In this document: piece after piece, positions 38,060 to 50,670 of the stretch | Layout of the letters: every line of letters starts with the position of its first letter | Position numbering within the stretch: position 1 is the stretch's first letter | Translations under genes and position numbers: made by a program | Origin: Tubulanus polymorphus | Lineage: Eukaryota; Animalia; Nemertea | Length of the DNA: 64,000 bases | Direction of reading: 5' to 3' | Assembly: GCF_964204645.1 (NCBI RefSeq) | Contig: NC_134033.1 | Span: 3,058,131-3,122,130 of the forward strand | The notes under the pieces: generated by a model | Databases searched by the model: none | The model's input: the letters and a program-made list of their open reading frames with translations, nothing else | What the model was told of the DNA's origin: nothing

Positions 38060-39660
38060 TAGCCAGTGGTTCTCGTGTCCATTGAACCGCATTATGACAA
38101 ACTCAGTTCATATTGTGTCATGTTATTGTCCTCGGTTTTTAAAATCATGTAATACGTGTTCGATTTGAATTGAACCAATTCTGATGATTCATTCGTAACA
38201 TACGTTGAATTCACTATACACGCGCATATATGTCCAGTCCTTACGTGAGGTTAGGTGAGTTGAATCTTAAACGGGATTTTGTAAATCTATAAGCTATAAG
38301 GGCTCGGGCTTCTTTATTTGAATATTGATTCATCAGTCAGAATTGAAACCTGTAAAATATGAAATTGTTTTCTTTTTCAGATCAGCCATTCCTCATTGAG
38401 GACCTCATTGCTTCCAATACCGCGGGGCTGATTAAACCAACGCTGTTTTCAAAATAATCTATGATTCTCCACACAGAATTGAATTGGTGGTGAGTAGATT
38501 TGTAGGTTTTTTAATACTGGATATAACGGATTGTATCGAGTCAAATTAAAAATCATAACGGTGATCATTACGTTTTTTTCAGAGAAGCTCTACTTCCTCT
38601 GATTGCTGTCAATGCGTGCTGGACTTAATCAACAAATACACAGGCCTTCTTCTCTTACTCGGGACCTGTTTGCTGTCAATACCTGCTGCGGACTAAATCA
38701 ACAAATGCATAATTGGAATTCAGACATTCCTCGATTACTCCAGACCCGATCGCTGTCTGCGTGCTGGACTTTACCAACCTGGACCAACTGAGCTCAGTGT
38801 TGTAGCCTGCTTGGATGTCATATCTTCTAAGGAACAAACAGATAACTGATCGATCGAAAGAAATCCATGAATTGGTGAGTAGAATTTCTAACAGTTTGTA
38901 GTATAGGAAACTTAGGTTAGGTCGAGTTTAAGCCTATCTATCAAACGGATTGGCCCTCGTTACAGCAATTTCAGATACATTAGACTCCTCAAATTCCTAT
39001 TGATATTCTTGATATTCTTTTGTTGTTATGGTTCTGAATTATGTGTATTAAAGTTTGAAATGATAATTCCACTTGCCGGTTTTGACAAATTTGAGTTAAG
39101 AGGAGTCCTATGTAAAACAATTTATCAGATAAAGCAATCTTGAAATTTATTCCATAAACTGGATAATGAAATATTACTTGTAAAACCGACTTGTAACCGG
39201 TTCAGTCGTCCGAGACATTTATACAGCACCTGAGAGTAGTCGAGCTATAGGATTCGGAAGGTGGTCGCATTTATCAAACATATATCGCAATTTTGTTCTA
39301 AATCATTGATTCAAATTAGTTTTGATCGTCTGCTTGCCTGGAGTTAAGAATGGAATCTCTGATCAGTCAAGGACGATTAATCCGGTTATAACGAGTAGAT
39401 TTAATAGTCATATGAATTTCGGGTTTGACTATTTCACGGAATGGCTTCGTATTGTAATAATGCGTATAAATATGTAAGTTTCCGGGTCCGGAGATCGCGG
39501 TTACTACGAAGAGTGGTTCTGAAAAATGCAACAGATGTCGCCTTCGGTTAATTTACACTTGTCGTAGAGTTTTCTCAGGAGACCGAGGAGGTTAGCTCGG
39601 TGGGCACAGGACGGCGCTCGGCCCACCGGCCAATTCATGACAGAAATAGACTTTTTTACT
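38060..39660 (+). repeat. Repeated multi-exon-like non-coding unit, copy 3 (putative exons ..38254, 38381-38489, 38583-38874)
   Basis: GTGAGT at 38255, 38490 and 38875; pyrimidine-tract CAG at 38380 and 38582; no sustained ORF. Confidence 0.65.
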
Positions 39661-41569
39661 AAAATGGTTTTTGCAATTTCCGACCAACAGATGATCCCCT
39701 CGTTAACCAGACTGGACACCTTGCCACTACAGTCAACTTCGCTTAAGTCATTATCAGATAAGTCATCACACTACATCAGTATTTGTATTTACAATTCTCT
39801 GGAGTAATTTGTAATACGTTCTTTCGGTAAGTCATCATCTTAACGATTCTCCCAACTAAAGAAGACTTAAGCGATGTTGACTATGCTTTCTCCGAGCCGA
39901 ATGAATGAAGACATAGCTATTTTGTGATGGCCCTTTCTGGTCTCCAGCGACGAATCGGCTTCTACAAGTAAATAAAGCTAGTTAGAGTATTCTTAGAAAA
40001 AATGATGGCAGATTTTGAATAAAATTACCGTGGTAAACCATTATGGAAACCACTTGGCTTGGTCCAAAGTTGTTACAGCCTGTGAGCTCTGTGACTGCAC
40101 CCTCACTTATTGATGTTAACTCGGCATTCTTCATTTCATTGTTATCTTAAAGTGAAAAATAAATCATATCATGTTATTGTGTTCTGTTTTAAGTTCGTAA
40201 TTTTGGTTGAATCTGCGACAAGTGTAAATTACTTATTCTCTTATTGTTCTTGCTCAGTCACACGTATAAAAACAGTAAAATACATTGAAGTGAAGCTGAA
40301 ATTGACCTGATGCAATTGATACGAAGTTTTTTCGAGTTGTTCCTTGAGTGAACACGAAATAGTCGGAGTCTCCCTCCACCGGCGCGAACACGTCTCCCTC
40401 CATCGCCTACCACTATCTAGGCCGTCTCGTGATGCAGTTCCACATATTTGGGGACGGCGTTCTGCTTAGGGTTAGGTTTAGAGATTAAGACACTGTTAAA
40501 ACGAATTTGAGTTAGAAATACACGTTGAAAAGGTATCACTGACGTGTCTAAAGCCTAATTAACCACAACCACCTTTTCATAAATATGCCCTGCATATTTT
40601 TAAAATGTTGATGCTATTTGTTTTGTAGGGTGTCGTAGTATAAGTGAATAACGCTGTGAGGAGGTGGAATACCTGAAGATATGCGAGGTGTAAATACTGA
40701 AATTCATTGCGTGTGTTCAATGAAAATAAAGTGTTTGAAATAAAGAATTCGATTTCTGCAATTTAGGTCGGGTTTAAGAACTTTTCATAGAAATACCGAA
40801 ATAACGGGTTTCGTCAACACACCAAACACTCGAAGTTCAAGAGAATTCGAAATGGTTATAGATAAATGCATTATTTCGAAAGTGTCTTTCTTGGTTTTGA
40901 CTATTTCAAATCGCTAAACACTTCACTTACCTAGAGGAACGCGACATTGTCAAATGTATATCGTTATCGGAACCTTGAACCAGCAGCGGAGAGAAGTCCT
41001 TATACAGCACCAGCGGATGAGCAAAGCGTCGTTACAGCATCCAAACTCTACTGGGTGGTTCAACAGATGTCATTTTTTGGATATATTCATAACCGAAGAT
41101 AATAAACTGATTATAAAACTTTTTATTCAACTAAGCCAGGTATACACTCAAAGATCAGCTTCACTATTTCGATGTATTGTATTTCGTTTATTGGTTTTAT
41201 ACGTTTGACTGAGCAAGAATTATTAAAATAAAGGAGACTCGTAATTTACACTTGTTGCAGATTTAAATAAAATGACCAATTTTAAACCTTGATTCCTACA
41301 TGACTTTTATTCAAAATTGTACAAAGTTTATTCGAATGTAAAAACGGTTTCTGGGACAAAATCATTTCCGATGAGGCTCTGCTCGCTAAAGTTGATGACA
41401 TCTCCATTCATCAGCCAGATACCAGTTATAGGCACATTATTTCAACTTTTAAATCAATCTCTACAGTAATTAATTCAGTTAATAGGGAAATTAGTGGCAC
41501 GAGCTTGAGGATCTGTGAGCGAAGTTGACCGCTGACAGGACGCAAAGCGCAATAACCATCTCAGTGAAA

Positions 41570-42475
41570 GTCAGTTTCTAACCTCCATCAGTCTGTGGGC
41601 CGGAGCGCCGTCCTGTGCCCACCGAGCTAATCTCGTGAGTCTCCTGAGAAAACTCTACGACAAGTGTAAATTAGCGAAGGCGACATCTGTTGCGTTGTTT
41701 AGAACCACAATCTCCGGAACCGGTGACTTACACATTTATAACATTAATACAATAAGAAGCCATTCCGTGAAATAGTCAAACCCACACTTCATTCAAATAT
41801 ATATATATATATTGGCAACCTTTCACAAACCTTTACTCCTCGGTGCCCGTTATAGTCTAGCCAACCTTCCTATACTGCCGAATTGCCCGTATCAACTCTG
41901 GACCAGGTTAAATGTGTTTAGAATTGGTTTTATATTTTGCACTTAAAGCCAATTTAAAAGTTTGAACGGACACTTCAGTTTCAGTAAATCCCTGCAAAAG
42001 TTTTGTGTTATTGAGCGTCAAGTGACAAAGCCACAATTTTAGTTATTTCTCAATAATTTTCATATTTGTCTCGCGTCTAAATACAGAATCTAGAATGGTT
42101 TTAGTCTCAGACGATTAAAGCGGGTTACAACATATACGATGTGGATTATATGACCCAATATGCAATGAAACAAAAATGTTTTCGATTGTTTATATCTGAT
42201 AAATCGTTAGATTACTCGTTACTCGAATCTCTTCAAGTCGAATGAGCATTGAAACTCCGAAAACAAATATTGGAATACTTACATTCGATGCTGGCAATCT
42301 GATTTCCGTTAATTGGAATTCAAACACAGATCACTGAGATCACAATCGATTCGAGTTACGATTGAGTCTACTGTTTTTCAGTTTGCTATAACTAGGGTCC
42401 ATCATCTGTTCGACTAAGCTTAAACCTAACCTAACCTTAATTTCCTAAACAGAAATAATTCAAAATTTCTACTCT
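41570..42475 (-). repeat. Inverted partial copy of the 3' part of the repeated unit (cf. 38880-39650 and 21110-21460)
   Basis: 41595-41790 is the reverse complement of 39415-39628; 42093-42470 matches 21118-21460. Confidence 0.75.
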
Positions 42476-42844
42476 GCCGTTGGGTTCGAATCCCGAAACG
42501 AATGGTTCGCCGCGTTGATACGGGGATAAACATACTGGACCCGGTGGCACAGTTGTGAGTTAAAGCTAAATCCGAGATAAATACAAATTAAACGAATTAA
42601 TGAGTAATTCGGTGGATTTTACCGGATTTGCCAGACGCAATAGAAAAGAAATTCTGCAGTTTGCTGATGTAATTAAGCCACTTTTCGTCAACCAAATGTA
42701 TCTCGACAAAATACAGCATCAGATGACGTATGAAATCAGTTGCATGAATCAAATTTGAAATCGATGGTTACATGTACATGGTATATGTACATGTAACATG
42801 GTTACACGTAGTTACATGTTAGAATGTTTTCCTATCACAATCGG

Positions 42845-43115
42845 GCGGACCGGATGGCTTAGTCGGTCGGCGACTAGCGTGTCACCGCTGTGGCCCGGGT
42901 TCGAGTCTCGGAGGAGGCGGGTCAGGATGTGGCAAATGATCTCCGGTAAGCGGGCGAGTCGAGAGTACTGTCCTCCCTGGAATGAGGTTGCTAATGCGTG
43001 AGTCCTACAAAATAACTGGTGTGGGGTAAATTATGTTTAATTCAGTCGTTTCTGGCTGAATTATTTATTTATCCCACAATACCGGTCCAGGTTGCGGAGT
43101 AATTCCCCCAGGGAC
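42845..43115 (+). mobile_element. tRNA-derived SINE-like element (tRNA-Asp-like head)
   Basis: A box TGGCTTAGTCGG, GTC-centred arm GCGTGTCACCGC and B box GGTTCGAGTC, but no clean acceptor stem; GC-richer body follows. 3' end approximate. Confidence 0.6.
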
Positions 43116-44069
43116 CTTCGACTTTTTTACAATATTAGTTTGTTATTTTAAGTTTAGTGGTGAGGGTTTGGGAAATTTTTTTATATTTATTCAATTCCTC
43201 GAACTGAAGAAATCCAAGCGACTATTCGGTGCAAGCAGCGCGCGGTGATCAATCACAGTTCTTTCTCAACTGATGATAAAACTTTGATAATTTTTTTAAC
43301 TTCACCAGATTTCGGTTAAAGAAGATGTGCACTCGGCGATGTCTGGTGAACTTGTGTATAAATTCGGATTCAAAACGACTCTATCCAATAGAGAATTACT
43401 CACTGGAGACCTGCCATACGCTCTACTACACAATAGTGCCGCGTCACTGCACAAACCCTTAAGCATACTTCGATATCCTAAAGCAAAACTCGAAAATAGT
43501 AAAATTGAGCCGGTATTATAGTTCAAAAGCAGACGTAAATAGAAGGGAAATCTACACTAAAGTTTGTTGGATAGTTTAGATAAAATTTCAGCTTACAATT
43601 TTAGGCAAAAATCGTAGCATTCGATATTTCTATCTTAAACAATATGTGCCTCTATGAATAGTCGAATTAAACTCGATGACCTGTAGGCCCCATTGAAAAT
43701 GTTTGGCACGAATTGAATAGTTCTTTCGGATTAGCGTCACGGACTCGGGTCTGTCACAGGAATGCGCGATCGAGCTTTCTGATTGATCCATTCCGGTCGC
43801 ATCGATGATGCACCGTCGTTGATTGGTTGACGTAGGTATTAGAAGCGCGGTTCGAGCCGCCCGGTGCCAGTCCGAGAACCGATGTCCAGTGATGAAGAGC
43901 TCTGCAACAAGGCGTGAAGAACGTGTGGCTTCAAGCAAACAACCTACTAATAAGCGGCTGATGATGTTAGGAGAGACTGGAACGTGAAGGAATTTGTGAC
44001 GCCTAGCGATTGAGAACGCAAGATGAGACTGGCGGCTGTTGATGCTGATGATTGCGGAGGAGATCCCGA

Positions 44070-44071
<2 letters not shown>

Positions 44072-44104
<33 letters not shown>
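44072..44104. repeat. (CTG)11 trinucleotide repeat
   Basis: Direct reading. Confidence 0.9.
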
Positions 44105-44107
<3 letters not shown>

Positions 44108-44494
44108 ATGTCTGATTTCAAACTACAAACAGATGACGGCTAATTTGCTGATGAAGACGAGTTGCTGTTGTCGCTGATTTCCGATGTTCAATTTCACACA
44201 CATTTATACATTATGAATATTGTGTCTTTTTAGGGTTAAACCGAAACCAGTTCGCTACTACTGACAACTACATGTACACAACTCGTTTGTCGCAACGTCC
44301 TAACTAGTCTGCTGCTGCTGCTGCATTGGGAACCGCATCAATCCACATTTGCTGTTTCGGTATCTTTACATTAAGGTAAGGTAATTATATTAAACTACAC
44401 CCATCCTTACATTTTGCATATTCAATCTTCTTCAATAGCTTGACGATTATCCGATTTGATTTTCAGCCGCCTATATTTGAGTTACAGCAACATC

Positions 44495-44908
44495 TTCAAA
44501 TCTCGATACGCAGACTCAACTCCGACTAAAGCACCATCTCCAAACCTCGAGATGCAGACTCCACTCCATCTCCAAACCTCGAGACGCAGACTCTACTCCG
44601 ACTAAAGCACCATCTCCAAACCTCGAGACGCAGACTCTACTCCGACTAAAGCACCATCTCCAAACCTCGAGACGCAGACTCTACTCCGACTAAAGCACCA
44701 TCTCCAAACCTCGAGACATAGACTCTACTCCGACTAAAGCACCATCTCCAAACCTCGAGACGCAGACTCTACTCCGACTAAAGCACCATCTCCAAACCTC
44801 GAGACGCAGACTCTACTCCGACTAAAGCACCATCTCCAAACCTCGAGACGCAGACTCTACTCCGACTAAAGCACCATCTCCAAACCTCGAGACGCAGACT
44901 CTACTCCG
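44495..44908. repeat. Minisatellite, 44-bp unit CAGACTCTACTCCGACTAAAGCACCATCTCCAAACCTCGAGACG, ~9 copies
   Basis: Period 44 (e.g. 44631 to 44675), nearly perfect copies. Confidence 0.95.
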
Positions 44909-45228
44909 TCATTATTTCGTTTTGCCGCATGTTATAAAGTAACGTAAATAAATAAACGTCCATATACATAAAATGCTCGTGTTACTAAAAATCTCTGTCT
45001 CGGGCTCCGGAAAGGACTCTTCCCCTCACAACTTCATACTCGACACTGCCCCGGAAAGGACTCTTCCGCTTACACAATCAAGGAAAGGACAAAGTCAAAT
45101 AGGAAAGGACAAACGCAAAGTACAAATCAAAGAATTTATTCCAAATTCAAAGTAGGAATTTCTTACAGCTTGTTTGCAAAAGTAAAATTCAAATTTTATT
45201 GAAACATCAATATTTAAATCAACTAAAA

Positions 45229-45290
45229 TGGGATTTGAACCACCAACCATTCGACTAGCAGTCCACACCCTACCCACTACGCTATAGGGA
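45229..45290 (-). pseudogene. tRNA-like/SINE-head remnant
   Basis: Minus strand TAGCGTAGTGG (A box) ... GGTTCAAATCCC (B box); the cloverleaf is incomplete. Confidence 0.45.
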
Positions 45291-45409
45291 CGTACTGGCA
45301 GCACACAGAGGAACTCATATTTATCCATTGCTTAAGCAAATTTTATCAAAAAAATAATGCCATCTACCGGGCGAGACAGGAACTAGTTCCCATTTCAACC
45401 CGGTAGATG

Positions 45410-45580
45410 GTAATAGAGAATGAGACAAGAGTGGGCAGAGACAGAGTAAGAGAGAGGAGGAGAGATGAGAGAGAGTGAGGAGAGATGAGAGTGAAACAGA
45501 ATGAGGAGAGAGTGAGAATGAGACAGAGTGAGGAGAGAGTGAGAATGAGAGAGGATAGAAAGAGATAGAGAGGATAGGAT
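45410..45580. repeat. GA-rich low-complexity repeat
   Basis: Degenerate GAGAGT/GAGAAT/GAGGA run. Confidence 0.85.
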
Positions 45581-45800
45581 TGCATATCACCTGAACTTAT
45601 GTTCCTCTTGTTTTCTATCTAGAATGCCGTTTACAGTTTCTAGTTCAAACAGATATTTATCCCATCAGCAGTAATGTTAGTCCTCGTGGACATAAAGTTC
45701 ACTATAACTGAAGTCAAGTTCTCCCAATATGAGTTCGTTTGTTTGTTTATCCTGTCGCTGAGTTTGAACACTGCCCACACCATCTGATGTAGTCCTGATC

Positions 45801-46336
45801 ATAGTTCCACCATATTGATGACAAACATCCTAAAAATATACATGAAACTTAATAGATTTAAGGCCATCAATCAAACATACAGAGTTAGAGTTAAGTCTAG
45901 TTACCGGTGTATCAGAGAAATGGCAATCTAAGGTACCCCCAAAATGAGGGTCAGGGGTCAAATATTTTTTGTCTCCGATTTCGATGAAATTCAGTATATA
46001 CATGTATTCTGGGGTGCTGATTACAAATCTGAAAGAATTTTTCGGATCCGAGGCCCCAAAAATGAGAAATTCTAATTTTTGGGGGACCCCTAAATTGTCA
46101 AAAGGCCTTGGACCCCAGAATTTTCGAGATATTCAAAATCTGATTGCAGATTTGGAATCAGCGCCCCTGAAAATAATAAGGACTAAAATTTTAAGCAAAT
46201 CGAAGAGATTCGATTTTTTGGCCAAAAACGGCAAAAATCTAAGGTGTCCAGGAGTTTTTTTTCGGCGAAAAATTTTTTTTCTCTGATTCCTTGTAAACTT
46301 GGTAGGAAGATGTATTCTGTGGTGTAGATTCCGGAT
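45801..46336 (+). repeat. ~530-bp direct repeat (partner 50144-50670), part of an interspersed transposon-derived family with GGGGTGCTGAT sub-repeats
   Basis: Colinear match from ATAGTTCCACCATATTG to GTAGATTCCGGAT. Confidence 0.85.
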
Positions 46337-47887
46337 ATGCAATCAGATTTTGAATCGGAATTCATCTTCATTGGCAAATAAGGGTTTTAATGCCCAAAAT
46401 ATGCACCCCAAAAATGGGGTACCAAATCAAAATATTTTTTTGGCCTAATTTTTATAGAATTTGGTACAGAAATGTTTTTTGGGGTGCTGATCACGAATAT
46501 GGAGTTAGTTTTTGGATCTGAGGCCTCTAAAATGAGATATTCAGGATTTTGTATTTTGACCCTTATTTTCGTCACAAATTTTGATGAAATTTGGTCCAAA
46601 AATACAATTTTATCTATTAAGCCAAGTATTCAATTAATTTTTAAGGCAGAAATTGATACTCTCACTAAAACCCTGAATTATAATTCCTGCCACACAATTA
46701 CAGGCTGCTATAAATAACTCCATTGACAATTCTTATGATACTCAGTAAACACTATGTTTACAGATAAACTGCTCTCTTATAATTGTTTTTGAAACATAAA
46801 AGAAATTCTACTCACACAAGTCTCTCCTCCCTTGTCTAGCAGTAATAATAGTCCACTGAGTTCCACAATTCCACATACAGAGTTCCACACCTTCAGGAGT
46901 CAACCACTGATTATTTTTTACGAGTATCAATCCACTTTTAGTCCAGTTAGTCCACATGTAGTTCGGTAAGTTCACATGTAGTCCAGTTAGTTCACTAGTA
47001 GTCCGGTTAGTGCACATGTAGTTCCCATGTAGTCCGGTAAGTTCACATATAGTCCGGTTAGTTCACTAGTAGTCCGGTAAGTTCACTAGTCCGGAAGAAG
47101 TTGACTGAAGAAGTAAAACTGATGAATTTCAGTCGAAGTCCACATCCAGTATTTGTGATGAAGTTTACCAACGATAGTCGAGAGAGGAAAACCTGAAATA
47201 TGAAATTGAAACAGTCTCTAGAGAAACACATTAACAAACTCAAACTCAAACTCTCAGACATACTAGTAAAGGCTTATGCAAAAGTTTTCACAACTTTACT
47301 GGATTAACAGATTGTTTTTACGTAACTGATATACTCGGCCACTGTGGGAGTAAGATGGTGAAACTGGTTGAGTCAGCTGGTGATGGTAACCAGCTGAACA
47401 TGTGGAAAAGAGGAGGAATTAACAGGAATTGTAACAACAGCTCATCAAGATTTGTGAAACTATCACCTGCACCATGTCGCGCATGCGGCGCCGCCTGGCT
47501 AGTGAAAGTGGTTATTGACACTGAGTGCCGAGGTCCCTGTGTCTGTGAGGTCCCCCTGTGTGTCCCTGAGGACATGAAATCTTGTGAATTCTTATTCTTA
47601 CGTATGTCTTACTTTAAACGGCCAAGTGAAAGTGACCACGGCCACAGCAAGGTTACCGTTAAACACTGACTCCAGGTCCCTGTTGTGGTGGACGTGTCTG
47701 TAAAGTCCGTGTGTCTGTGAGGGCACGAAATCTCATGAATTCTTATCTTTTAAACCAATATCAAAGCTCGTACGTTGGGAATCATTGTGGCTTTAAAGTC
47801 TTTATCAATTGAGAGACTTAGTTTCATTGTAAATAAAGAATTAGAGATTGAATTGAGCGTGCTCCACAGTGCGCGATTTCCATGTCG

Positions 47888-48504
47888 ACCGTCTAGTGCT
47901 GCCCCTACATATAACGATAGCGGGGAAAACGTGAACTAACTTAATACTCGCTTGCCAGAGTCTTCGGACGGCCGTAGTGGACGAACTAATTACCGATTTG
48001 CGGGCCGAATTCCGAGGGAATTCTCAAAATCTTTCAACTGCTCTGAAACGTTTGAACCAAACAATTATTCTATAAGAGAATTAACCTTAAAAGAGTAAAT
48101 TTGAATCGGGATATTTTTAGTATCGTCTGGCAGAGAGCGACAGGTGTTTGAATGTTCCCTGATTATTTGCGCGCAATTAAAATATATCGAAGAAAAAATA
48201 TGGAAATTTTGTCAATTCAGATGATAAATTATCATTGAAAAATATAAATGAATAACTTATTCTGAATATAAATACTAATTAATTGATAAGAAAGTGAATT
48301 TTAGCTATCAAAATTGAATATCGTTACCTAAAAAATAAGAAAATTTCATTAAAAAATTAAAGAGTATTCATAGTATCATATTTAATAGAATTAGGTGCCA
48401 CACTGGTCCGTATTGTACGTAATTGGGAAATTCATATTCCGGCGGCGCTATTTTAGTTCACAGAAATTCCGCTGTCGTTATTCATAGGGGCAGCACTGTA
48501 CGGT
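47888..48504. mobile_element. MITE-like element with 20-bp TIRs
   Basis: ACCGTCTAGTGCTGCCCCTA / TAGGGGCAGCACTGTACGGT (18/20 complementary); AT-rich interior. Confidence 0.55.
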
Positions 48505-50143
48505 TGATATCTTACCCAGCCTTGCAATCTTACTGTGGCATGCAAGTAATACAGATATTATTTTAGCCGAATTTCGTTCATTATTCACCACGATTCCGTT
48601 TTCTATGAATAATTCAATTAATTTTTAAGCTTTTGGAAAGGGGATCTTCTTTTTAAAACGATTTTCAAGCCATTTTTGATAGAACTCTTCTGTCAACGGA
48701 ATCTAATTGCATAAAGCGGTAAAGAGGTATACTCACATGCCACAGACAGAATCTAAAGCAAATTAAATTTTATGCTCCAAAAAAGTGCATTCATCCAACG
48801 CTACCATCAAAGTTGCAGCACGTGAACCATTAAACCTCCTATTAAGGTCGACCCTTCTTGGTCAGGGTTAAAATAAAACTCTCCCAACCACAAATTGGCG
48901 CAAACAACTGGAAAAACTTCAGTTGAACATCGTTAATACGACAAATCTGTGTAAAGACGAAACCAGTTTGATTCAACAATTGTATCCCACAAGATTCATA
49001 TCAACGAGATTCCACTAAAACTAGAACAGAAAATCAGTTACAACCACCACAAAATTAGTGAATAACCAATTCATTGTGAAATTTATTTATTTCAGTGAAA
49101 AATGTGCATCAGATTTAAATATCAAATAAAAGTCTTGCATAAAGCGAACATGTGATCAACTCCGCAATGAACTGACTGAACTTACCCAGGAATCGAAACC
49201 TGAAATCATATTTACAATATCAGATATCGGATTTATGATGCATCAGTATCACACATGTTGTTTCTGATGCGCTATGTTATTACAGTACAGTAGAGTCTGT
49301 TCCTAACTTGAATCAATGTGATACCAGAGATATCCCATTGACTGATGATTCAAGTTCTGTGGTCGAGAATTAAAACCTAGCAATCTAACTCGGAAATGTC
49401 TAAAAACTCCTGGACTTTTGTCGAATTCAGACGGAAATGAAATCATTTTCTCACTTTCTAATGGAATTTTCTGATCCTCCACTCAGATTTTTGCTTAGCA
49501 AGTATAAATTTTGCAAGTCTCCGTTTCAGTAAGACAAGGTTTACTGTTTTTGAGTTAAAAGCCGACAACTCTGCACCGTCTAGTAGAAATAAACCAAAAA
49601 TTTTGAGTGAGTGGTGCTTTAGGAGTGTTTTAAATCTTGAGAAATTGAGACTTACCTTAAACGGAAAGAATTGATCGTCCATGTTTCCTACACCTAAGGA
49701 GCCATGTTAATTTCTACCCCACACGTACAGATCATTGTTATCTACAATATAATAACATTGTAAACAATGTAACATCATTCTAGATGCTAGGGTAGGGATT
49801 GATAGAGAGAGGGAGCAGGGCCAGGGAGTTTCACACAGTAACTAGGCTTAAGAATAGAAATCCGATTTTCTTTGTACTAGCATGTCTCCAGCCTCGATTG
49901 CCTACGTACCTATTGATAACTATTAAAATGAGACATCAATTTCTAACATTTCTTCCAAGTCACAACTCTACTTGGTTCATTTTGGTTTATCTGGGTTCGT
50001 CCTGGTTCATCCTGGTTTATTGGGGTTCGTCCTGGTTCATCTTGGTCCATCTGCTCCACTGCATCAATGTCTGTATAATGTTCAAATCAATTCTCTACTG
50101 ATTGTAGGTAAAGGGGGAATCGTCACCACCATAACATCCGTCA

Positions 50144-50670
50144 ATAGTTCCACCATATTGATGACAAACATCCTAAAAATATACATGAAACTTAATAAAT
50201 TTGAGTTATGTTAGAGTTAAGTCTAGTTACTGGTGTATCATAGAAATGGCAATCTAAGGTACCCCCCAAAATGAGGGTTAGGGGTCAAATATTTTTTGTC
50301 TCCAATTTCGGAGAAATTTAGTATAGACATGTATTCTGGGGTGCTGATCACAAATCTGAAAGAATTCTTAGGATCCGAGGCCTCAAAAATGAGAAATTCG
50401 AATTCTTAGGGGTACCCCTTAAATTTAAAAAAGGCCCTGGACCCCAGAGTTTTTGAGATATTTGGAATCTGATTGCAGATTTGGAATCAGCACCCGCGAA
50501 AATATTTAGGACTAAAATTTTAAGCAAATCGAACAGATTCGATTTTTTGGCTAAAAACGGCAAAAATCTAAGGTGTAAGTCCAGGAGTTTTTTTTTCGGC
50601 GAAAAATTTTTTTTCTCTGATTCCTTCTAAACTTGGTAGGAAGATGTATTCCGAGGTGTAGATTCCGGAT
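50144..50670 (+). repeat. Second copy of the ~530-bp repeat, abutting the 7TM remnant upstream of copy E
   Basis: Ends ...TTCCGGAT directly before CTACCGCTGTCATCCCCGTCTTACTT (50671-50696). Confidence 0.85.

Larger units (their letters stand above)
34984..39812 (+). repeat. Segmental duplication, copy 1 (partner 59565-64000, running off the window)
   Basis: Colinear high identity including expansin-like exons, GC-rich MITE, minisatellite and spliced unit. Confidence 0.92.

Noticed and set aside
42845-42920. tRNA-Asp gene
   Set aside because: Acceptor and anticodon stems do not pair properly and it continues into a SINE-like body.
43630-44190. 163-aa minus-strand ORF with poly-Ser (poly-Ala or poly-Gln in other frames)
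   Set aside because: Driven by a CTG repeat, non-ATG start, other frames interrupted, no recognisable domain. At most a decayed low-complexity exon.
44495-44908. Regular 44-bp repeats resembling a CRISPR array
   Set aside because: Units are contiguous and near-identical with no unique spacers, there are no cas genes, and the context is eukaryotic. It is a minisatellite.
45969-46717. Several 60-105-aa ORFs in the GGGGTGCTGAT repeat
   Set aside because: Non-coding interspersed repeat with no transposase motifs; frames are not preserved in the second copy.
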